This document shows, piece by piece, positions 21,101-28,639 of a stretch of 64,000 bases of DNA. Location of the stretch: assembly GCA_965199755.1 (NCBI GenBank), contig CBDASZ010000001.1:832001-896000 (forward strand). Direction: 5' to 3'. Origin of the DNA: an uncultured candidatus Porisulfidus sp. Its GTDB lineage: Bacteria > Pseudomonadota > Gammaproteobacteria > Poriferisulfidales > Poriferisulfidaceae. Under the pieces are notes generated by a model. That model had not been told where the DNA came from and did no database searches. It saw only the letters and a program-made list of their open reading frames with translations. Numbering within the stretch: the stretch's first letter is position 1; each line of letters starts with the position of its first letter. The translations under genes and the position numbers were made by a program.

Positions 21101-22585
21101 TCCGGCTGCCTCTGCAGCTCGGATATTTTCGGATGCAATTTCATTCCCCAAGTCATAAGCATCGCCGGGAACGCCCACAGCAACAATACGGTAGTCCGTC
21201 AAATATTTCTTTTCGACCGCTTCTCGATAAGATAATCTGTAACAAACGGGCCCAAATAGCGCTTCATCATCCATCGTGCTAACTTCCCAGTTCTTGGCAG
21301 CATAATCACCTTTTTTCGCTTCTCCCATCGCGAAATTTCGTGGAGTAGCAGTCATGTATATCCGCGTACGTGCAGGCATGTCTTTGCTACGATGGCAGGT
21401 AGTAAAGGATCTAACTCCTTCCTTCTTTTTCGCAGATTTCATTGGACGTATGCCAGCAGTTCGATGCGCTTCATCGCAGATCAACACTGCGGCACGTGTC
21501 TTCGTATCGCGAAGTGCCCGCGCTGTCTGGTGGCTGGATTGATAAGTAGAGAAAATGACGCTTCGTGTGCCCTTGCGCTTTGATCCCTCTAGCCACTGAG
21601 CTATGCCGGTAGCTTCCCCACGAACCTCCCCTGCCAGCTCACCTGCTTGCATCAAGCTGCGGTCTGCAGTCGGATCGTCTATAGCGTTTTCTGCATGGCG
21701 TTCCTCCTGATTTTTTAGGTCTTTAGGACTGGCTACGTGTCTGTCAGAGCATACAGAGAGTGTCTCGATCTGTTCACCATGCCGTTCAGCACAGTCAAGC
21801 CATGCTAGGCGCAATTGCCTCACTAGCCCAATACTCGGCGCCAGCACTACGACCAAGTTATTGCCTCGCTTGCCCCCTGGTAGATTTTCAATTAGTCCTC
21901 GGGCGGCATCATATCCAACCCGGGTTTTCCCTGTACCACAGGGCATGATGATTTGGCCTCGTGATTCATCATTTGCCCACTCTGCATGCTTTGTTTTTGC
22001 TTCACGGATATGCTCCAGTTTTTCTAATGCTTTCTTAACTGCTTGCTGTTGCATGGATGACCTTGGATCTTCCCGATGACTTGTGGCTTCCTCACACCGG
22101 GTTACTTCTCTCCGTATTGCAGCGCTGATGTTAATCACCTTGATTTTAGACTCCTCATCTGGGAGAATTTGCGCTTTCTGATACAAATGCTCACCTGGTT
22201 GAGCAACCGTTACAAGCCATCGCTCGCCCCAATTTTTGTTCTGCGTCGCAGACGAAAACTCAGTAATATCCTCCTTTCTCAATGATAATGGCTTTCCTTT
22301 TTTGCTAAACCTGCGTGCTTTGCACTGGATTGCAATCAATCGCCCGTCCTTTCTCTCTGCAACAAGGTCAATACCATCATCTTTGCGACGTGCGGCAGAG
22401 CCAAAGTTATCCTCTAAACCTGGCCAGTCTTTCCACTTCCATATTTGGCTGATATCCCATTCGAGAATACATGCCCCAAAATTCTCCGTTAGATCCTCAA
22501 GCCATTGACCATCTCCTGCGTCATCCTTGTGGTCAGCAATGATCTGCAATGCTCTTTTCAGATTCTGTATATGAGGGTTTCCCAT
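18164..22585 (-). CDS. Single-polypeptide restriction-modification-like enzyme: Mrr-type nuclease + SF2 helicase + N6-adenine methyltransferase (Type ISP-like), truncated by frameshift
   Basis: DDGIDLVA..IAIQCK nuclease; MPCGTGKT, DEAHR, MTATP, GEGIDTP, QAVGRVMR helicase motifs; GAYFTKP, FDPTCGSGT, TNPPF methyltransferase motifs; ends 10 sense codons after poly-G. Confidence 0.88.
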   Translation of the reverse strand: MGNPHIQNLKRALQIIADHKDDAGDGQWLEDLTENFGACILEWDISQIWKWKDWPGLEDNFGSAARRKDDGIDLVAERKDGRLIAIQCKARRFSKKGKPLSLRKEDITEFSSATQNKNWGERWLVTVAQPGEHLYQKAQILPDEESKIKVINISAAIRREVTRCEEATSHREDPRSSMQQQAVKKALEKLEHIREAKTKHAEWANDESRGQIIMPCGTGKTRVGYDAARGLIENLPGGKRGNNLVVVLAPSIGLVRQLRLAWLDCAERHGEQIETLSVCSDRHVASPKDLKNQEERHAENAIDDPTADRSLMQAGELAGEVRGEATGIAQWLEGSKRKGTRSVIFSTYQSSHQTARALRDTKTRAAVLICDEAHRTAGIRPMKSAKKKEGVRSFTTCHRSKDMPARTRIYMTATPRNFAMGEAKKGDYAAKNWEVSTMDDEALFGPVCYRLSYREAVEKKYLTDYRIVAVGVPGDAYDLGNEIASENIRAAEAAGHKADPRGHNTSLAVRKLAYSLALGGGVPALNANGHLSIRSSIAFCNRISRSKELVTDLSKENVRVWVKEKASVGHAEKIEYSLEHRDSSDGAVNRELALEKLRTATNEKPYAVCNVGIFGEGIDTPDLSAVAFIEPRKSPVDVIQAVGRVMRRSSKKEIGLIIVPLVIPAGQCAESWLESQTNDEGWKELGQVLNALRAHDDRIESALTDQLTLVVPKPSKEHVPHLITVKSDDGRIKSLLWVGLADSIQPLIADVGDQSSVIERLQNNGEVKDVDGDTIIQQRPYDTIIVDDTHREKPKVAGVCAEVNYPRENKGYPVGPAAAQARELLTVACARRDKEAIKLRDPQKGINNANKEKAFQGELSLLDKLGPQADAIRVNLLKRSGLLSGAERDFNILRETVERSSHQLREDGLERELRGQLGMDRIQQTEKSADACTVTALMMMMACIVQARLEQGKVMEGRKIQRLIDVQTSGAPAEDLISIWNQILEIDYQPVFTLSRNLLFHLTREVRKTVALDAALRGIAKDAANIAETYAAMGMDFAGELFNKVMGNQASDGAYFTKPMAAMLLAELVTESIGEVDWKKKETWRDARAFDPTCGSGTLLIAYITAMKRRAREQGADEKTLKKLHKYAVEHGVVGLDINPVSLQLAGAQLIIGDIDARYKSMNLWKMPYGQQGDNHNEPAKAGSLELLVDERVVGETDEDDLFPETLLPYKTAAKGQQIGLKDDEPTEQKGKVEDVVDTVVGRRVVLTNPPFVTRKKLGMKFKPEEQKAIRRRIDAGQAVMDTRCADLKDITDKNTTQPLYVGLGLRCIDQDSGVLGMVLPTIGLLAPTGLQQRKILARELHIQYVVTAHDPKQPNMSQNTAANESLVIGTRDERGTNRSTTFVSIGRMPETTDEVLEIVEAIRGGAHVLGVKTWQVSNMRLQQGDWSAAGWSDPTLDEAVEMMESWDELIAIGEVEIKGGGGYGCVPQVMAH
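18197..18209 (-). repeat. G13 homopolymer (C13 on + strand), candidate phase-variation tract
   Basis: + strand tccgta-C13-ttaatttc; the only long homopolymer noticed in the window; lies exactly at the frame break. Confidence 0.9.
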
Positions 22586-22868
22586 AGTGCTCCTTCCGAA
22601 TTATCATTCTATTTCTAGAATTTTGTGATCTTTTTCGACATTTCTCTTGCTGACAATGCGAAGCGAATTCCTACCAGATGTTCATGCTCAATTGGAGATT
22701 ATTCTAGCAAAACGCTCCCGACTCAGAAGCGGGGAAAATCCAATGGCGGCAATCACCATGCCCCAATAGCGCCTTTAATTCCGGCAAGTATCAAGAAACT
22801 AAGCGCATTTTTCGTAATCACCATCGCACTGTTGGTGCGGCTTATGCCAGTTCATGCCTAGTTCTCCT

Positions 22869-23057
22869 TTATTCTAACATCAGCATGTCATAGGCCACGC
22901 CCGCCTCGATCCGATCAATGTCGTGTAGGGCGGCTATACCAAATACCAAGCTGTCGTCATCCAACCCGCTAGTAACCAGCGCGTAGGCGGCCTCAAAATT
23001 CTGTAATTGGATCAATTTGATGAGCGTCATCAATCGGATGGTTAGTTCCTTATTCAT
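22869..23057 (-). CDS. Hypothetical protein (62 aa)
   Basis: MNKELTIRLMTLIKL...; ATG overlaps the stop of the upstream ORF. Confidence 0.5.
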   Translation of the reverse strand: MNKELTIRLMTLIKLIQLQNFEAAYALVTSGLDDDSLVFGIAALHDIDRIEAGVAYDMLMLE

Positions 23058-23409
23058 GGTGCTTTGCCCCCATCCCACCCGTCAACAAGCGAAATACACG
23101 CGTGCTAAATCGAATCGCCAACTCGGGCGGCTCCTCGCCACGCTTCTTCATCTCTCTTGCCATGTGATGCCGTGCCTTGCCGTACAGGATGGCGTCATCG
23201 CCATTCATAAACGTGGCACCATCAATTTCTTTGATGCACCGGCGCAACTCATCAATCGCCATAGTGTTGATAACTGGCCACACGCAATACCAATCGTGGT
23301 TACGTATGTCATATACGATGCCCTCGGTTTTAGCGTCAAGGCCATGCCCCTTTCTCAACTCGCGATCGGCGAGCCTATCTTCAAGCATCTCACACAGGGT
23401 GGCGTGCAC
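23050..23409 (-). CDS. Hypothetical protein (119 aa), phage/MGE-like
   Basis: ORF in a co-oriented chain of small genes; no family recognised. Confidence 0.55.
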   Translation of the reverse strand: MHATLCEMLEDRLADRELRKGHGLDAKTEGIVYDIRNHDWYCVWPVINTMAIDELRRCIKEIDGATFMNGDDAILYGKARHHMAREMKKRGEEPPELAIRFSTRVFRLLTGGMGAKHHE

Positions 23410-23424
23410 AGTAATCTTATCGAG

Positions 23425-23589
23425 TTAGTGGGGCGTCAAATCGTCGATGTCATCGGGCACGCCTGATGCCAATTGCGCCATCGCCTCGCGCATATCGTCA
23501 TCCGTCATTGCCGACGTCATCTCATACCATTTGTCGTCGTCATCATCGTCAAATGCGGCTACCAGCGCCTTGATGTTGGGGATAGTCAT
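23425..23589 (-). CDS. Small highly acidic hypothetical protein (54 aa)
   Basis: Below ORF-track cutoff; MTIPNIKALVAAFDDDDDDKWYEMTSAMTDDDMREAMAQLASGVPDDIDDLTPH; GGAGGT RBS; ATGA overlap with upstream ORF. Confidence 0.6.
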   Translation of the reverse strand: MTIPNIKALVAAFDDDDDDKWYEMTSAMTDDDMREAMAQLASGVPDDIDDLTPH

Positions 23590-23705
23590 CGGGCACCTCC
23601 ATCGTTATCAAAATCGGCACTGTTGATTGTGAATCGGGCAAATTGGCGTGGCGGCTTTATGCTACCTAACGGCACGGGTGCCGCACACCGTTTCTCAAGT
23701 TCCAT
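23586..23705 (-). CDS. Hypothetical peptide (39 aa)
   Basis: MELEKRCAAPVPLGSIKPPRQF...DNDGGAR; stop overlaps next ATG. Confidence 0.35.
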   Translation of the reverse strand: MELEKRCAAPVPLGSIKPPRQFARFTINSADFDNDGGAR

Positions 23706-23755
23706 ATAGCCATTCACTTTACTTTGAAGTTCGTTGGTACGGAAGGCAATTATAT

Positions 23756-24454
23756 CTATCCATTCTGCAACCAATTGAAGAGCAGCGACTCCAGTATATC
23801 GCGTGTTCTTGCCTGATAAGCCAGAGTTTCCGTTCGCAGGATTGTCGGTGACTGCACAAAGTGATCTTCTTCAAGCTGATGGGTAAATACGCGCACCATC
23901 GTCTCGACCTCTGCCGGTCCCATCTCCAAATGGAATTGCAGGGCGAGTACTCGCGCATCAAACAAGAATCCCTGATTGCGACAACCTTCACTCGCCGCCA
24001 TTGGCAAGGCCATTTCCGGGATGTTAAACGTATCTCCGTGCCAGTGCAGGACCGGAAATTCCGCGGGCAAGCCCTGCCCTATCGGGGTGCATAAGAACTC
24101 ATCAGCAAGTTGTATCGGATACCAGCCGATTTCTGCAACCGGATTTGCTCGAACTTCTGCACCTAGGGCATGTGCGATCAACTGCGCTCCCAGACAGACA
24201 CCCAGAACATGTTTACCTGCGTCGATCGCTTGTTGGATAAAGATCGTCTCGGGAGACAGCCAGTGATATTCGGCATGGTCTGAAACGCCCATCGGCCCGC
24301 CCATGATGACCAGAGCATCAAAACTGTCCGCCTCGGGAAGGGGGTGCGCTTCGTACATCCGGTGCCGCTTCATTTCACCGGCGTGCGCCTGAATGAAATC
24401 TGCTATGCGTCCAGGGCCTTCTGCAGGCACATGCTCCAGTATCAGAAAGCGCAT
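23756..24454 (-). CDS. Type 1 glutamine amidotransferase-like protein
   Basis: IMGGPMGV, LGVCLGAQL, HWHGDTF, LQFHLE (Cys-His-Glu triad). Confidence 0.92.
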   Translation of the reverse strand: MRFLILEHVPAEGPGRIADFIQAHAGEMKRHRMYEAHPLPEADSFDALVIMGGPMGVSDHAEYHWLSPETIFIQQAIDAGKHVLGVCLGAQLIAHALGAEVRANPVAEIGWYPIQLADEFLCTPIGQGLPAEFPVLHWHGDTFNIPEMALPMAASEGCRNQGFLFDARVLALQFHLEMGPAEVETMVRVFTHQLEEDHFVQSPTILRTETLAYQARTRDILESLLFNWLQNG

Positions 24455-24488
24455 AGTGTCGTGATTATCGCTTAAAATCCAAACCGCT

Positions 24489-25421
24489 ATGACCGCCTCT
24501 CACCCCCTCGCGCTTCAGGTTCAGAACCTCAAGAAAACCTATGCCAACGGCACGGAAGCCCTGCAAGGGATCGACCTGGAGGTAGAGCAAGGCGATTTCT
24601 ACGCTCTGCTCGGCCCCAACGGTGCCGGAAAATCCACGGCGATCGGCATCATCACGTCACTGGTGACCTATTCCGAAGGCTCGGTTTCGATTTTCGGACA
24701 TGACATCCAGAAGGAATATTCAGCTGCTCGATCCTGTCTCGGCCTGGTACCGCAGGAATTCAATTTCAATCAATTTGAGCCTGCCGCCGAGATCGTGATT
24801 TGTCAGGCCGGCTTCTACGGTGTTAGGCGCAAAGAAGCCATACGGCGCACCCAGCAACTACTGGAGCAACTGGAGCTATGGGACAAGCGCTCTGTAATGG
24901 CGCGTGAATTGTCCGGTGGGATGAAGCGCCGATTGATGATTGCTCGCGCCATGGTGCATCATCCGAAATTGCTGATTCTGGACGAACCGACGGCCGGTGT
25001 GGACCTGCAGATCCGCCATAACCTGTGGCGCTATCTGCGGCAAATCAACGAGCAAGGAACCACTATCATTCTGACCACGCACTACCTTGAGGAAGCAGAG
25101 CAGATGTGTCGGAATGTGGGGATCATCTCGCACGGGCGTATTCGCGCCAACACCTCAATCCGCGAATTGCTCGATCAACTGGATTCCGAACACTTTGTGC
25201 TGTACTTGAAATCTCCCGTCTCCACGTGTCCTGCTATTGACGGCTATTCCCTGCTATGCACGGATGATCGCACTTTGGAAGTGACTGTTAGCAAGCAAAC
25301 CGACCTGAATCATCTCTTTGCAGAACTCAACACTCGTGGAATCGAAGTATTGAGCATGAAAAGCAAGACCAACCGGCTGGAGCGCCTGTTTTTGCAGATC
25401 GTTGGCCATAAATTTGAATAA
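24489..25421 (+). CDS. ABC transporter ATP-binding protein (YadG-like)
   Basis: GPNGAGKST, LSGGMKRR, LILDEPTAGVD. Confidence 0.92.
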   Translation: MTASHPLALQVQNLKKTYANGTEALQGIDLEVEQGDFYALLGPNGAGKSTAIGIITSLVTYSEGSVSIFGHDIQKEYSAARSCLGLVPQEFNFNQFEPAAEIVICQAGFYGVRRKEAIRRTQQLLEQLELWDKRSVMARELSGGMKRRLMIARAMVHHPKLLILDEPTAGVDLQIRHNLWRYLRQINEQGTTIILTTHYLEEAEQMCRNVGIISHGRIRANTSIRELLDQLDSEHFVLYLKSPVSTCPAIDGYSLLCTDDRTLEVTVSKQTDLNHLFAELNTRGIEVLSMKSKTNRLERLFLQIVGHKFE

Positions 25422-25423
25422 CT

Positions 25424-26197
25424 ATGAATTTTCGCGTACAACTAATTGCTTTTCAAACGATTTTGATTCGCGAATACTTGCGTTTCATGCGTATCTGGAT
25501 TCAGACTTTACTGCCTCCCGCCATCACCACCGGGTTGTATTTCATCATTTTCGGTGAATTGATCGGCTCGCAATTGTCCGATATTTCCGGCTATCGCTAT
25601 ATGGACTACATCGCGCCCGGCCTGATTCTTATGTCCGTGATCACGAATGCGTATGCCAATGTTGTCTCTTCCTTCTACAGTTCCAAGTTCCAGCGCCACA
25701 TTGAGGAGTTGATGATCTCACCTGTTTCAAATGGCGTGATTCTGGCTGGATATGTGGCCGGCGGCGTAATGCGCGGCATGGTGGTTGGACTGGTGGTGAC
25801 GCTGGTGACCGCCCTGTTCGCAAAAATCCCTCTCTATAACCTGGGATTGATCCTGGGCGTCTCCCTGCTGACCTGCATCCTATTCTCGCTGGCCGGCTTC
25901 ATCAATGCGATCTACGCGAAAAGTTTCGATGATATTTCCATCATCCCAACCTTTGTCCTCACACCATTGACTTATCTGGGCGGGATTTTCTACTCGCTGG
26001 ATATGCTTCCATCGTTTTGGCAGCAAGTCTCTCTGATTAACCCGATCCTGCACATGATCGGTCTGTTCCGCTACGGCTGGATGGGTATTCAGGAGGTCAG
26101 TCTGGTGAACTCTATCGCGCTGATTGTAGGTATGACCATCGTGCTAGCCTACATTTGTCTGCTTCTGTTGCGCCGTGGCACAGGCATTCGCAGTTGA
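25424..26197 (+). CDS. ABC-2 type permease (YadH-like)
   Basis: RIWIQTLLPP, YANVVSSF, AKSFDDISIIPTFVLTPLTYLGG. Confidence 0.92.
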   Translation: MNFRVQLIAFQTILIREYLRFMRIWIQTLLPPAITTGLYFIIFGELIGSQLSDISGYRYMDYIAPGLILMSVITNAYANVVSSFYSSKFQRHIEELMISPVSNGVILAGYVAGGVMRGMVVGLVVTLVTALFAKIPLYNLGLILGVSLLTCILFSLAGFINAIYAKSFDDISIIPTFVLTPLTYLGGIFYSLDMLPSFWQQVSLINPILHMIGLFRYGWMGIQEVSLVNSIALIVGMTIVLAYICLLLLRRGTGIRS

Positions 26198-26200
26198 AAA

Positions 26201-26276
26201 TGGCGTCCCCAAGGGGATTCGAACCCCTGTTGCCGCCGTGAAAGGGCAGTGTCCTAGGCCTCTAGACGATGGGGAC
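26201..26276 (-). tRNA. tRNA-Glu (anticodon TTC)
   Basis: GTCCCCATCGTCTAGAGGCCTAGGACACTGCCCTTTCACGGCGGCAACAGGGGTTCGAATCCCCTTGGGGACGCCA; cloverleaf with CCA end. Confidence 0.97.
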
Positions 26277-26401
26277 GCGACGATTCGCGGCATTGATCTG
26301 CCGCAATAATGTAGCCGCTACAGGATTTTTCCGTCTAAAGCCCTATTTTACACAATAAGCGTAATCCCCCTGCTCTCACCTGCTTTGCTCGATACTCTCT
26401 A

Positions 26402-27109
26402 ATGCTTGAATACGACCCGTACAGAACGATAGACAGTGTCCAAATTTACTATGTGGACCTGACAGAAGATACTGCTCGCGAACAATATGCAATCCACTTG
26501 CTCAATGCCACAGAGCAGGCGCGTATGCAGGAATATCGAGTCACTGAGGTGCGGCGTCGCTTCGTGCTGATGCGCGCAACCCTGCGCACACTGTTATGCG
26601 ACAGACTCGACTGTGATAACGCACAACTGGACTTTGAGAAGCTCTCACACGGAAAGCCCTACGCATGCATCGAAGGTGCCTCTGCCACCATCAGCTTCAA
26701 TATCACGCACAGCGACACGCATGGCCTGATTGCCATAGCACCCGATCGAGATATAGGCGTGGATCTGGAGATCTATTCCAGCAGTCGAGATATTTCCGGC
26801 ATCACCAAGGCCGTGTTCAGCCCAGAAGAGCAAGCCGTGCTGACAGCGGCATCTGAAGAACAGCGAGTACGTCTGTTTTATCGACTTTGGACTCTAAAGG
26901 AAGCACTGCTCAAGGCTTGGGGAACGGGCCTCTCTTTAGCGCCCGCCAGCTTCCAGATCCCAGACTCAATGCTCGCGTATGGCAATGACTCCGGGATCAT
27001 CTCTCCTCCACAAGACCCTGAAAGCATCTGGAGACTTGAAAGCATTGGCAATGAACGCTTCGCGGCCGCGGCCGCCTGGAAATCAGACCCCCTTGACGAT
27101 ACTGATTAA
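26402..27109 (+). CDS. 4'-phosphopantetheinyl transferase (Sfp/HetI type)
   Basis: HGKP, FNITHS, IGVDLE, FYRLWTLKEALLKAWGTGL. Confidence 0.9.
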   Translation: MLEYDPYRTIDSVQIYYVDLTEDTAREQYAIHLLNATEQARMQEYRVTEVRRRFVLMRATLRTLLCDRLDCDNAQLDFEKLSHGKPYACIEGASATISFNITHSDTHGLIAIAPDRDIGVDLEIYSSSRDISGITKAVFSPEEQAVLTAASEEQRVRLFYRLWTLKEALLKAWGTGLSLAPASFQIPDSMLAYGNDSGIISPPQDPESIWRLESIGNERFAAAAAWKSDPLDDTD

Positions 27110-28494
27110 GCGCCGATCGCCTGCCGGATACGCCCCAGTGTCTGCTCGCGCCCCAACAGCAGCAATGTGTCTTCAATCGACGGTGAGATTGAGCCTCCAG
27201 TCACAGCCACACGGATAGGTTGCGCAACAACACCCGCCTTAACCCCGCGTGTCTCAATAATCCCCTGAAGCCACGAATGAATCGCTTCGTGCGTCCAGTC
27301 GATTGACTCCAGTTGCGGAATGAACTCACCGAGCATGCTGCGCGCCTCATCAGTCATAAACTTGTCCCATGCTTTCGAATCTCGCTCAGGCTGTTCCTGC
27401 ATGAGCCACTGACTTTGCGTCGCAACATCACGCATGGTGCGACATCGCGCACGCTGCACTTCCAGCAAGCCTGTACGACTCCCTGCTTCCATGGGTTCGT
27501 ATGGCAATTCCAGACGCTCGCAATGCCAGTCAAATTCTGTATCCAGTTCTTCTTGCGACACTCGACTCATCTGTTGCTGATTGACCCACAGCATCTTTTT
27601 CGGATCAATCCGGCTGGCTGCTGGGTTGAGTCCCTCCAAATCAAACAATCTCACCAAATCATCAACCGAGAACAATTCCTCATCGCCATGCGCCCAGCCT
27701 AATCGCGCTAGCACATTGAGTACTGCCGTCGGTAAAAAGCCTTCCTCGCGATAATTCAGAACATCCGCAGCTTGCGCACGCTTTGACATCTTGCGTCCCT
27801 GCTCGTCGAGGATCATCGGCAGGTGTGTGTAGGTCGGTGCTTCGGCTCCCAGCGCTTCCAAAATGTGAACCTGACGCGGTGTGTTATTGAGGTGGTCATC
27901 GCCACGAATAACATGAGTCACTCCGGCATCCAGATCATCCACGACCACAGCCAAATGATAGGTCGCGACATCACCGCGACGCGCGATAACCAGATCGTCC
28001 AGTTCGCTGTTGCCGAAACGCACCTCGCCTTTTAAGGTGTCGGAGATCACTACCTCACCTTCTACAGGTGTTCGAAAGCGCACTACCGTATCTGCGGAAG
28101 GATCTAGTCCTCGGTCCCGGCAATGGCGGTCGTAGCGCGGTTTCTCGCCGGCTGCCTGCTGTTGCGCGCGCATCTGTTCCAGTCGTTCTGGTGAGCAATC
28201 ACAGTAATACGCATGGCCTGAGTCGACCAGTTGCTGTATCACTTCCCGGTGCCGTGCCTCCCGCTGCGACTGGAGGACAATCTCGCCGTCCCAGTCCAGT
28301 CCCAGCCAATACAGTGCGGACATGATCTGCGCGGCATATTGCTCTTGTGAGCGCTTGCGGTCCGTATCTTCGAGGCGCAGCACGAAACGACCTTCGTGGT
28401 GCCGCGCAAATAACCAGTTGAACAAGGCCGTACGCGCACCTCCCAGGTGCAATGCTCCGGTCGGGCTGGGTGCAAAGCGGGTACAGACAGTCAT
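27106..28494 (-). CDS. gltX: Glutamate--tRNA ligase
   Basis: RFAPSPTG.LHLGG (HIGH), RGDDHLNNT, KMSKR. Confidence 0.96.
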   Translation of the reverse strand: MTVCTRFAPSPTGALHLGGARTALFNWLFARHHEGRFVLRLEDTDRKRSQEQYAAQIMSALYWLGLDWDGEIVLQSQREARHREVIQQLVDSGHAYYCDCSPERLEQMRAQQQAAGEKPRYDRHCRDRGLDPSADTVVRFRTPVEGEVVISDTLKGEVRFGNSELDDLVIARRGDVATYHLAVVVDDLDAGVTHVIRGDDHLNNTPRQVHILEALGAEAPTYTHLPMILDEQGRKMSKRAQAADVLNYREEGFLPTAVLNVLARLGWAHGDEELFSVDDLVRLFDLEGLNPAASRIDPKKMLWVNQQQMSRVSQEELDTEFDWHCERLELPYEPMEAGSRTGLLEVQRARCRTMRDVATQSQWLMQEQPERDSKAWDKFMTDEARSMLGEFIPQLESIDWTHEAIHSWLQGIIETRGVKAGVVAQPIRVAVTGGSISPSIEDTLLLLGREQTLGRIRQAIGA

Positions 28495-28639
28495 GGTGTG
28501 AAATTATGCAGCCCGAAGGTGGTCTTTCTTCGGTAGCGTCATCTTACTCTGTGCCCTGCGGTAGGCCGTCATCTGTAAAATTACAATACCTTGCCAATCG
28601 AATAATGACCATTCTTTAAGTCTGCTCTTCCCTTCGCTC

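Larger units (their letters stand above)
17400..23750. mobile_element. Putative horizontally acquired island remnant (restriction-modification-like gene plus small orphan ORFs)
   Basis: Visibly more AT-rich than flanks, defence-type cargo, directly upstream of dusA; no integrase or att repeats found; boundaries approximate. Confidence 0.55.

Noticed and set aside
23533-23550. GAC/GAT trinucleotide run as a contingency repeat
   Set aside because: Mixed codons encoding six Asp; an imperfect in-frame coding repeat, not a slippage tract.
17300-23760. attL/attR direct repeats around the island
   Set aside because: No convincing duplicated segment of the dusA 5' end or of either flank found by eye.
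26198-26400. tRNA-Glu as an integration site for the PPTase
   Set aside because: The PPTase lies on the 5' side of the tRNA and no duplicated tRNA 3' end was found.
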